DNA of 64,000 nt, taken from the NCBI GenBank assembly GCA_002269645.1, contig NIVC01001519.1, positions 62,001 to 126,000 of the forward strand. The letters run 5' to 3'. Made by a program: the position numbers and the translations under genes. Below, one piece after another: positions 11,052 through 23,000 of the stretch. Each line of letters starts with the position of its first letter. Position 1 is the stretch's first letter. Under the pieces are notes generated by a model. That model was not told where the DNA came from, did not search any database, and saw only the letters and a program-made list of their open reading frames with translations. This DNA comes from Macrostomum lignano (taxonomy: Eukaryota).

Positions 11052-14000
11052 ATGAAGGGTTTCTTATCGAAGCTCGGAGGTCCTCCAGCCTCATCGTCAA
11101 TGTCGTCATCGTCATCGACCTCTGCCGGAGCTTCTCATGACGCAGGCGGCGGCGGTTTCATTGGCAGGACCTTCCACCTGCACCGCTACCAGCTGATTGT
11201 TGAGGAGAAAATCGCCGAAGGCGGCTTCGCCGTCGTGTTTAAAGTGCGCAGCACTCAAGACGGTCGAATATTTGCGCTAAAACGCATGTGCGTCAATAAT
11301 GAGAACAGTCTGCAGATCTGCCAGCGGGAGATCACCATTGTGGTGCGTGTTGTCATGGTGATCTATTGTGCGCGGCTGTGGAACAGTGTGCACACACACA
11401 GCTATGGAACAGCTCCCCTCACTGTCAGTGTACACACACACAGCTATGGAACAGCTCCCCTCACTGTCAGTGTGTACACACACACAGCTATGGAACAGCT
11501 CCCCTCACTGCCAGTGTGTACACACACAGCTATGGAACAGCTCCCCTCACTGTCAGTGTACACACACAGCTATGGAACAGCTCCCCTCACTGTCAGTGTA
11601 CACACACACAGCTATGGAACAGCTCCCCTCACTGTCAGTGTGTACACACACACAGCTATGGAACAGCTCCCCTCACTGTCAGTGTGTACACACACACAGC
11701 TATGGAACAGCTCCCCTCACTGCCAGTGTGTACACACACAGCTATGGAACAGCTCCCCTCACTGCCAGAGTGTACACATAGCATCAATATTTGAAAAGCC
11801 TACTTATTGACTTAGCAAAAGAACCAAGTCTGCAGTTGTTCAATTTGCCTAGTCACGTATAGGCCTCGGGCATATCAATATAAATTTGCATAATGATATT
11901 TTTAACTTCGGATTGGCTTCATCAGCCCCCCCCCCGCCGCACCCAATGACCTTCATTTGCAGCGGTCGTTAACCCACAAGAACATTATTAAATACGTTGA
12001 CGACTGCGTTAATCACCTGCCAAACGGTGTTTACGAAGTGCTGCTACTCATGGCCTACTGCAAAAGTGAGTAGGGAGGGAATCTGTTGATTTACGTCATG
12101 TGCGTAGAACAGTGGGACAAAAAGAGGTGGAGAGATGAAGGGGGCGAGTGAAGATAGAGGGGTAGAGTGAGAGATAGAGGGGTAGAGTGAGAGATGAAAG
12201 TGTAGAGTGTGAGATAGAAGGATAGAGAGGCAGATATAGAGGGGTAGAGTGAGAGATAGAGGGATAGAGAGGCAGAGATAGAGGGATAGAGAGGCAGAGA
12301 TAGAGGGGTAGAGTTAGAGATAGAGGGGTAGAGTGAGAGATAGAGGGGTAGAGTTAGAGATAGAGGGGTAGAGTGAGAGATAGAGGGGTAGAGTGAGAGA
12401 TAGAGGGGTAGAGTGAGAGATAGAAGTGTAGAGTGTGAGATAAAAGGTTAGAGAGGCAGAGATAGTGGGGTAGAGTTAGAGATAGAGGGGTAGAGTGAGA
12501 GATAGAGGGGTAGAGTGAGAGATAGAGGGGTAGAGTGAGAGATAGAAGTGTAGAGTGTGAGATAGAAGGATAGAGAGGCAGAGATAGTGGGTTATCTAGG
12601 GAGGAATAGAATTAGTGATACGAGTTCAGATGATTTAAATCAAAGCCGAGTCAAACTGAAACTGAGACCGCAGGATGCGCAGCCGAGGCTGTACTATATG
12701 ACCTTCACCCGTGCCCGCAGAGACAGTAGTGGGGCAACTGAACGATTGCGCCCAGTCTGGCGGGCACTTGACTGAGTCGCATATTCTGCGCATATTCTGC
12801 GACGTATGCGAGGCCGTGTCGAGGCTGCACCACTGTCACACGCCCGTGCAGCACCGCGATCTCAAAGTAGAGAATGTACTAATAGACGATTCCGGCAACT
12901 ATGTACTGTGCGACTTTGGCAGCGCCACTGTACGCGTGCTGCAGCCAGCTGTTCAAGGCGCCGCTCCAGTTGAAGAGGAGATTCAAAAGTACACGACGTT
13001 AGCCTATCGCAGCCCTGAGATGGTGGACCCGTACTCTGGCCGGCCTATCGGCACTAAGGCTGACATCTGGGCGCTGGGCTGTATGCTGTACAAGTTGGCG
13101 TACTTCAGTCTGCCATTCGGCGAAAGCACCCTGGCTATCAGTTCCGGCCGTCTGTGTCTGCCCGACCGGCCTGAATATTCTGTTGAATTGCGCAAACTGA
13201 TTCGCTATGCGTTGCAGCCGGACCCCAGCCTGAGGCCGGACATATTCCAGATCTGTCATTTGGCATTTCGATTGGCTGGCCGAGTTAATCCGGTGCAAAA
13301 TGTCAATGTGAGCTGGGCGTGAGCACTAATTAGATGACGAGGAATTCCGTGTCCTAGTTACTCACGCCGTTTACCCAGAGATATCAGTTTTAGTTACCCA
13401 AAAAAATAATGAGAGCGGAGATCAGTGACGGATTTCGGGGGGGGGGGAGGGGGTTGCCGATGATGGCGCCCCCATTTTCTTTGCCTTAGAAAAGATCCTT
13501 ACCGCCTTCAGTTTGTTCAGTATGGCGCCCCTCAAGATCGCCACTCTAGTGTATATCATAGCGCCCCTCTAGTGTTTATTATGGCGCCCCTCTAGTGTAT
13601 ATTATGGCGCCACTCTAGTGTATATTATGGCACCCCTCTAGTGTATATTATGGCGCCACTCTAGTGTATAGTATGGCACCCCCACTCATGGTTGATATCC
13701 GCCCCCTCCCCCCATTTTATATGATTCTAAATCCGCCTCGGCGAAGATGAAAGGAGAAAAGAGAAAAGAGAGAGTAGACAAGAGCATAGATAAGAAGAAA
13801 TGAAAGGAGAGGAGAGAGCTGAGAGGCGACACTAACCCTGAGTGGCTGGATTACTATTGCTAAGTTTCAAATGACCCTTTGCCGAAACCTGATTTAGTGG
13901 GACATAATGCACAGTAGCTTTTCAAAATCAGGCAATATCGCACCTGAAAATAAACTTTGTGTCTGTGTCTAGACCTAGTGCTAGGATTTTCAAGTGTTTG

Positions 14001-17000
14001 AATAAAAAGTTTTACCCAGCTGGTTGCATTTCTCTTTGACCAAACAGAAATCGGAAATACCTCGCTTCGACATTCTCAACGCGCCGCCAATTGAAAGCGA
14101 AAATCGTCGCGAACTCAGCAAATCGCCTAGCGTTGGGTGAGTCGCCGTAGTCTTTGTGTCCGTGTTGGCGTGTCTTTGTGTCCGTCTTAAAACGTGTCTT
14201 TGTGTCCGTCTTGGTGTGTCTTTGTGTCCATCTTGGCATGTCTTAGTGTCCGTCTTTACGTGTCTTTGTGTCCGTCTTGGCGTGTCTTTGTGTCCGTCTT
14301 AAAACGTGTCTTTGTGTCCGTCGGTGTGTCTTTGTGTCCATCTTGGCGTGTCTTTGTGTCCGTCTTTACGTATCTTTGTGTCCGTCTTGGCGTGCCTTTG
14401 TGTCCGTCTTGGCGTGTCTTTGTGTCCATCTTGGCGTGTCTTTGTGTCCGTCTTTACGTGTCTTTGTGTCCGTCTTGGCGTGCCTATGTGTCCGTCTTGG
14501 CGTGTCTTTGTGTCCGTCTTTACGTGTCTTTGTGTCCGTCTTGGCGTGCCTATGTGTCCGTCTTGGCGTGCCTATGTGTCCGTCTTGGCGTGTCTTTGTG
14601 TCCGTCTTTACGTATCTTTGTGTCCGTCTTGGCGTGCCTTTGTGTCCGTCTTGGTGTGTCTTTGTGTCCATCTTGGCATGTCTTTGTGTCCGTCTTTACG
14701 TGTCTTTGTGTCCGTCTTGGCGTGTCTTTGTGTCCGTCTTAAAACGTGTCTTTGTGTCCGTCGGTGTGTCTTTGTGTCCATCTTGGCGTGTCTTTGTGTC
14801 CGTCTTTACGTATCTTTGTGTCCGTCTTGGCGTGCCTTTGTGTCCGTCTTGGCGTGTCTTTGTGTCCATCTTGGCGTGTCTTTGTGTCCGTCTTTACGTG
14901 TCTTTGTGTCCGTCTTGGCGTGCCTATGTGTCCGTCTTGGCGTGTCTTTGTGTCCGTCTTTACGTATCTTTGTGTCCGTCTTAGCGTGTCTTTGTGTCCG
15001 TCTTTACTTGTCTTTGTGTCCGTCTTGGCGTGTCTTTGTGTCCGTCTTGGCGTGTCTTTGTGTCTGTGGTGATGGGGCTCAAGGGCTCGGTCCTTTCGTG
15101 CCCCTTTCCCAGACCCGGGTTCGCGTACTGACCCTGGCTGCGGTCCTCCACTGACACGCGTACGACGCGGTGTCCGTCGGGACTAGGCTGCTCGAGCGTA
15201 CGACGCACTTAATCCCCCTAAGGTGCCTAGTACAGAGGCAGACCCAAATGACTTGCAAATTGGAAGGCTTACCAGCCGCGATTTCGGTCGTACAACAAGA
15301 CACAGCGCCGTCAGAGCAGTGGTAGCATTGATCGATATTCATTTAATTGTATTGGTATCGCAATTACCGCTGGCACAATCACCGGGGAGCCACGACGATG
15401 ACGAGAATGGGGTCTCAATGGGGTCCGAATAAATAGGCAGCAAACTGGGGGTTGAGGGCGCGGGATAAAGGCAGAAAAGGGGGCTTAGACATCAGCATAG
15501 GAAAAACATGAGCCGTACCAGCCAATCGCCGGGGCGCAGCACGGCAGACTGGGACTGGCAGCCAATCACAAACAGGGGCGGGGAAGCAAAGCTAACAAAA
15601 GAATGGGGCGGGGGCGCACACAGAGCAAGGGGGGGTTGACTAAACGGAAAAGGCCTAGGCAGGGAGGGGGGTACGCACGCGCAGAAGTGCAGGTGGGTGA
15701 GTCAGAAAATATCTGAGGAGGGGGGTGTGGTGTTCGTGTGGCCAAGCAATCTAAAGTTTCTCTTGGCGGTCGCGTGTATTATAAAGAATAGAATACTCTA
15801 TGGTACAAGCATAGATAAATGAAATGAACAGTCAGTCTGGGGATACCACATCCCTCCACCTTTAGTAAAATCAGTTCATTGTAGGGAAACGAATTGGCCT
15901 CCTCAGTACAGTCTGTGGTCGGAGTCCACTTCTGCGCATTGTTCTTGGATCACACTGTGGTATTTCGAATGCGTCCCTCTTTTCTCGCTGACTGTCGCTC
16001 ATTCCTCCTCCACCAGAAAACGTTACCAGAGCCTCGTCAGATTCTGAGTCTGGGAATATCTTTCTGGCCTTGTTAACGTGGCGCTTCTTGATTGTGCCAC
16101 TTTTGTTCTCCAGGATCAGCAGTCCTCCGACTCGCTTCCTTACGTAGTATTGCTCTGTACCAAAAAAACTATCGTACTTGTTCCTGGCTTCCCTTTCAAT
16201 CACTACTGTGTCACCTGTTTTGATGTCGCAGTCACGAGCGTTCCGATTAGCGTAGTTGGACATTTTTTTCTTTTGTAGTCGGCGTCTTTATCTTTCTGCT
16301 TAATCAAAGGATCTATTGTCTCGTCGTTCATTTGAGGAAGTTTTGTCCGCGCGCTACACCGAAAGAATAGGCTTGCTGGCGCTACGCCTGTTGCTCTCAT
16401 CGGTGTTGTTCTGTAGGCGTGCAAGAAGATTTGCAACTCCTCTTCAAAACTTGATCCATTCAAAATTCTGGATCTTCTGATGACTTTGATGACTTTCATT
16501 GAATCTTTCCACCTCCCCATTTGCTGCTGGGTGACGCGGAATTATCCGTGAGTGAATGACGCCTTGATTGTTAAGGTATTCGTCAACGACTTTCGAACAG
16601 AAATTTGTTCCGTTGTCTGAGACGAGTTCTTTCATTGGTCCAAATAGTGAAATCACTTTCTTTAGAATTCGCTTCTGTGCGCTTCATGATGAACACTAGA
16701 GGAAATCTCGAGTGGTAGTCGATGAAAACTAGCAGGTTGCTACCATTCGGAAGTGGTCCTTTGAAGTCCATTGCCACTTTGTCCCACGGCTTATCCGGAA
16801 TTTCCGTTGGCACAATTGGGATCCGACTTCCTTTTTTCGTTGTGTGGATGCACACATTGCATTTCTTTCAAAAGATCTCCACGTCTTTGCTTATACCAGG
16901 CCAAAATACGGTACTTCGCAGTCGTTCTTTGGCTTTGGAAATGCCTTGATGTCCTTCATGGGCAATTAACAGAGCTTTTTGTCGCAGACTCTTCGGCAAG

Positions 17001-20000
17001 ACAATGCGGTCTTCGTACAGGAGAATTCCATTCTGCTCCGACAGCTTATTTCTTTCTGCAAATAGTTTGTTGTGCTTTTTCCATGTTCCTCCTGATACTA
17101 TTGATTCCAGTGCCTCGACAATTTCATCATCAATCGCAGAATCTTTTCGGATCTGCTCTAAGCTCAGAGCTGTGCTTACTGCGCTTTCAAGTTTGCTGTT
17201 AATGAATGCGATGTCGCGTCGATTGCAGAGTGTGTCGTTTGGTGTTTTCACCGGTTGTCTCGACAAAATATCTGCCTCGTTAGTGTCGCCTGGTTCATAT
17301 TTTATCTTAAAGTTGAATGGTTGCAATCTCATTGCCCAACGCTCAATTCTTGGTGGTGGTTTTGAGTTCGATGCAAAACATCCGAGTAAGGGTTTATGAT
17401 CCGTTATTACCGTAAATTCGGTTGCTCCTTTGAGAAAGTGAGAAAATTTCTCGCATCCCCATTTAATTGCCAATGCTTCTCGCTCGATTTGACTGTATCG
17501 AGTCTCCACGTCTGTGAGAGTTCTACTGGCATAGCAAACTGGCTGTAGATTTCCATCTTTCTGCCGCTGAACCAAGATCGCACCAAGACCGACAGGACTA
17601 GCGTCTACTCGCAGCTGAGTTTCTCGCCCTGTTCCAAAGTACGCGAGCGTTTCCGTTGAGCTGATCGCTGCTTTGATGCTGTTGAAAGAATTTTCTTGTT
17701 CTGGACCCCATTCCCAGGTCTTTCCTTTCTTTGTGAGGTCATTCAGAGGCTTCGACAAGGTTGCTAGGTTTGGTACGAATCGAGCAACAAATTGTGCTAG
17801 ACCAAGAAACGATTTAACTTCACTTGGATTGCACGGTGGTTTGAACATTTGAATAGCTTCCGTTTTCTTCTCGTGGATGGTTATTCCCTTCTCGGTTAGA
17901 ATAAATCCCATAAAAGTAGCTTTACTCATTCCAAATTTGCATTTTTCCTTTCCAACGGTCATGCCGTTCTCCACGAGCCTTGCTAAGACCTGCTTTAGCC
18001 TGTTGTTGTGTTCCTTGACGTCCTTTCCATACACAATTATATCATCCTGAATATTTAGCAGTCCTTGTAAACCAGCCAAAACTTTTGTCATGTAGGCTTG
18101 AAGATAGAATGACGAGTTGACCCAACCCATCGGCAATCGTTTGTACCTGTACAGCGGTTGTCCAGGGATTCCTGTTGAGAACGTTGTCAGATGTCTAGAT
18201 TCACTGTCCAGTTCAATTTGATGGAACATTTTCTTGCCATCAATGTAGCTGAAGCAGCTTGCTTCTCCCATATTGGTGAGCTGATCATCCAGAGATGGAA
18301 TAGGAAATTGTAGCTTTTCCGTTGCCTCGTTCAAGTTTCGTAAGTCAACGGTCAGTCGTACCTTACCAGTCTTTCCTTTTGGGACGACAACTAGCCGCGA
18401 AAGCCATGCACTGGGACCATCAACTTTTTCTATGATTCCTGAGTTTTCCTGCTCTTCCAGTTCTTGTAAGAGTGCTTCTCTGAGATGGGCGGCTACTCTT
18501 GTTATCGATTGTGATGTCGGCGTGCTTCCTTCCTTCAGAGCAATGGTCACTGCTGGCTGCGTGGTCAATCTACCAACTCCCTGAAATACCTCCTGATGAT
18601 CTTTCAGAATTCGTTCGATTTCTTCGTTCTTCTTCTCAATCTGATTGACCGTTAACTGCAGCAGATTCAAATCGATGCTGTCTTGACATCCGAGTATTGT
18701 CTCAGCGTTGATACAATATCATATCATACGATATTGTTTACTACGCTTTACTGAGTCTCCAGCCATCACAACCAGTGTTGTTGTTCCCAAGACTTCCAGC
18801 GCCTTTTCGACATATAGGCATATAGTCTTGGCTTTTCTGATCTGTTTAGGATGGTATCCTTTGACTTCACTGACTCCCACGATTTCATACTTATCAAACT
18901 TGCTGAAGATCCGGAGTCAATGAGCACTGTACTCTCAATGCCATTGATCTTCACTTTGGCTCTTGCGCCTGCTGAGTCCTTCGATTCAGTCATAGCGACA
19001 GTGTTGATTTCTTCGCCATTCGATTCGTCGTTGCCATTTTGCTCTTCCGGTTGCTCAGACATCTGAATATTTCTGGTTTTTATTCTGCTCCCTGTCTTTA
19101 GACATAGTCTACATGCTTGCTTAATGTGCCCTTTCTTATGGCAAAATTTGCATTCTATGTTACGAGCGAAGCAATCCCAGGGTCGGTGACCTGTTCTGTT
19201 GCATCTGTAGCAGACTCGATCGCACTTGTTGGTGTTTAGAGTTGATGTCCGCTTGTCAGTCTGTTTGAACTGTAGCTTGTTAGTTGGTCTGTTGTCAATT
19301 TTGCTGACTGTGTTGCGCGTCTCATTGGTTGGTTTTTCAATGTCTTTAGCCTGCGTTTTTGTTGCTTCGAAATTCTTGCTGATTTCTACTGCCTTCTTTA
19401 AGGTGAGGTCAGAGCCTTCCTTTAGCAGCAGAGTCCTTAGCGGCTTTGATGTGCTCTTTAGGACTATCAGATCGCGTAGCAGACGATCCTCGAAGCTAAG
19501 CTTCACTGTACTCTCGTTTCCTCCAGGCTTGTACTCGACGTGTAAGTTGCAGTACTTTGCTGCACTTTTTAGACGACTGTAGAAGGAATCAAACGTTTCT
19601 CCCTCTATCTGGTTAACTGACAGCAGCTTGTAAGTCTCATGGACGCTATTGGTTGCACCTTGGAATAAAGAGCTGAGCGCTTCCTTCGTTGCTTCGTAGC
19701 CTTGTTCATAGCTTACGGTTTGCAACAGCTTTCGGATTTTCGGCCCTGCTAGAAGCAAGAATGTAGCTTGCTTCTTTTCGTCGGCTATTCCTTGCACTTC
19801 CATGAACAGCTCGACTTCCTGCACATACTCGTTCCACTTATCTGCATTGTTGAGCGGATCTTCGTCTGGATCGAAATGCCCAATGCTGTAGAACTGTGCT
19901 GAGGCCATCCTGCGAGGTATTTTCTTAATAGTACATCCGTAGCTTTTCTCTTTTCACCGCTGCCACCAATGTGGTGTTCGTGTGGCCAAGCAATCTAAAG

Positions 20001-23000
20001 TTTCTCTTGGCGGTCGCGTGTATTATAAAGAATAGAATACTCTATGGTACAAGCATAGATAAATGAAATGAACAGTCAGTCTGGGGATACCACAGGGGGG
20101 AGAAGACGGCCGACTGGCCCGGCGTAGCAAAGTAGCAAAGTACACACAGTCATAATAACACATTCATGACATGTCCGTCTTGGCGTGTCTTTGTGTCCGT
20201 CTTAAAACGTGTCTTTGTGTCCGTCTTGGTGTGTCTTTGTGTCCATCTTGGCGTGTCTTTGTGTCCGTCTTTACGTGTCTTTGTGTCCGTCTTGGCGTGC
20301 CTTTGTGTCCGTCTTAACGTGTCTTTGTGTCCATCTTGGCGTGTCTTTGTGTCCGTCTTTACGTGTCTTTGTGTCCGTCTTTGCGTGCCTTTGTGTCCGT
20401 CTTAACGTGTCTTTGTGTCCGTCTTGGCGTGCCTTTGTGTCCGTTTTAACGTGTCTTTGTGTCCGTCTTAAAACGTGCCTTTGTGTCCGTCTTAACGTGT
20501 CTTTGTGTCCGTCTTAAAACGTGTCTTTGTGTCCGTCTTGGCGTGTCTTTGTGTCCATCTTTGCGTGCCTTTGTGTCCGTCTTAACGTGTCTTTGTGTCC
20601 GTCTTTGCGTGCCTTTGTGTCCGTCTTTGCGTGCCTTTGTGTCCGTCTTTGCGTGCCTTTGTGTCCGTCTTGGCGTGCCTTCGTGTCCGTCTTAACGTGT
20701 CTTTGTGTCCGTCTTGGCGTGTCTTTGTATCCGTCTTAGCGTGTCTTTGTATCCGTCTTAGCGTGTCTTTGTGTCCGTCTTGGCGTGTCTTTGTGTCCGT
20801 CTTGGCGTGTCTTTGTGTCCACATTAGCTTTTCTTTGTGTCCGCTTTAGCGTGTTTGTGTTTGCCTTGATGTCTCTTAATGTATGTCTGTGTTTTTGATG
20901 TCTGTCTGCGGGTCTCAGTGTATTTTTTTGTGTTTTAATGGTTGCTTTGTTCCATTTTAAACTTAGTGTCTATCCATCTTAAAATGATAGAATCTGTATT
21001 AATAAATATGTCTTAGCATCGGACTGTCTTCTTTCTGTCCTTTTAAGTCGTAGTACATAGTCATTCAGACTTTCACGCCTCCCTTAGGAAGGGACAAGTT
21101 TGCTAGTCTACCTTTACTAAATATTCCAATCTATTCTACTGATACTACTGATCAGTATTTAAGTAGTGTATTTTCATTCGCACTCGCAGCCGAATCGCTA
21201 CTCAATCCGCTTCGACGGTGGCGCCGCGTCCGCCTCTTGTCGCCGGCGTCGTCCAACAGAAGCCGCCGCAGCCGCCGCCGCAGCAGCAGCACCAGCCGCA
21301 GCAGTTGCCGCAGGCTTCGTCGTCCGCATCGGCCGGTTCGCCGATCAAAGCGGCTCCTCCTCTTCCTACGGCGACGGCGGCTGCTGCTGCTGCTGCGGAC
21401 GCGGCGCTGATTAAACCTACTGTGCGCCAACGGCCGAGACCGTCGCAGGCGCAGCAGCAGCAGCAGAAGCAGACGCTGAAACAGCCATGGGTGACGCTTG
21501 AACCTCAGCAGCAGACTTCCTCGTCCGCTGCTGCGTCTGCGACTGCCGCTGCCGCTGCGCCAACGCAGCCGTCTGCCGGCAATCGCAGCTCGTCACTGTT
21601 CGACATTCGGGTTAGCGAATTCGCCCCAGCGACTGGCTGGGTGGGCCTCGGCGATGTGCGCGCTGCGCTGATGGAGTAGATAGGGGGCTTCTGACTTTAG
21701 CCACCTCCCCAGATCCTCAGTTGCTAAGCCAGCCTCCCAGATCCTCAGTTGCTGGGCCAGCCTCCCAGAGTGCCAGTTGCTGGGCTAGCCTCCCAGAGTG
21801 TCAGTTGCTGGGCCAGCCTCCCAGAGTGTCAGTTGCTGGGCCAGCCTCCCAGAGTGTCAGTTGCTGGGCCAGCCTCCCAGAGTGTCAGTTGCTGGGCCAG
21901 CCTCCCAGAGTGTCAGTTGCTGGGCCAGCCTCCCAGAGTGTCAGTTGCTGGGCCAGCCTCCCAGAGTGTCAGTTGCTGAGCCAGCCTCCCAGAGTGTCAG
22001 TTGCTGGGCCAGCCTCCCAGAGTGTCAGTTGCTGGGCCAGCCTCCCAGAGTGTCAGTTGCTGGGCCAGCCTCCCAGATCCCCAGACTTGGCCGCCGAGCT
22101 TCAGATTAAGTTGTTCAATTTAAACTCTTGATAATTTGCCAGCACACTCTCCCGATTTTATCCATTCCCAGTCGCAACAGTCCGGCTCTCAAGAGCAGCC
22201 GGCATTTCCAGCGGCGGCAACTGCAGCAGCGGCGGCGGCGGCCGCTCCAGCCAGCAGCCAGGCCGGCTCTCTGGACCGGCTGCGTCACGCCTCCCAGCAG
22301 CAGCAGCAGCCTCCGCCCTCCATCGCCGGCTGGAACCCTTTTGCCACGGACGATGATCAGCACCAGCCCGAGACGGCTGTTGGCCGCGGTGCGTCTGTCG
22401 GGACCAGCGGCGCCGCCGCCGACGGGAACAGCTCCGAGGACGCGCTGGAGGACGCCATGTTCGGTTTGGAGTTCGATAGAATCAGACGAGCCGGCTCGCA
22501 GAGCAGTGAGTCCTCTGTCGGATTTTATTTTGGAAGCAAAATGCATCCTATATCCAGGTCAGTAGCTAAGTAGGGAATTCCTGGCGCAACGCAAATCTAC
22601 CTAGGAGCCAACGGAATGGGCATGACTGCTCGCCTCTATTGCCTCTCTAGCTTTTTATGCATTCTATGCTACTTATTTCGCTGTAGTAGCACATTTAGTT
22701 TAACGTATTTAATTCGCTTCTTTTTGCAGGCATGGCGGCGCAAAAATCACGCGAAGATTTAGTTATGGAGGAGCCCGATCCCGCATTTGATCCGTTTGGC
22801 GCGGCGCCTATTAATCCTAAGCGTGAGTCATCAGTGCTTAATACTAGCTAATAAGTACTTAACAGCAAATTTTAATGACTTTTTATGACTTATTCATTTC
22901 AATTCCATAGGTATATAGTGTGCAAATTAGCATAACGTTTTCACGTGCCGTCATGTGACGTTTTTTACCAAATTAGACAAATTTTTACTGTTTTATCCTT

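Larger units (their letters stand above)
15726..20094 (-). mobile_element. Full-length Ty3/Gypsy LTR retrotransposon (Mag-like), frameshifted
   Basis: Identical 125-bp LTRs (15726-15850, 19970-20094, TG..CA); TSD GGGGG; PBS TGGTGGCAGCGGTG (19968-19955) complementary to the tRNA-Leu 3' end; PPT AAAGGTGGAGGGA next to the 3' LTR; order gag-PR-RT-RH-IN. Confidence 0.95.
15065..20171. mobile_element. Putative solo LTR (~740 bp when rejoined: 15065-15725 + 20095-20171) inserted in the minisatellite and interrupted by the Gypsy element
   Basis: Begins TGTGGTGAT and ends CATGACA (TG...CA); 4-bp TSD TGTC at 15061-15064 and 20172-20175; contains CCAAT-box motifs (GCCAATC at ~15520 and ~15560). Confidence 0.65.

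Noticed and set aside
14194-15154. Cys/Val-rich ORFs here and at 11366-11810, 20166-20849, 21721-22131, 33833-34397, 58833-60605 and 61722-62786
   Set aside because: They are translations of minisatellites or microsatellites.
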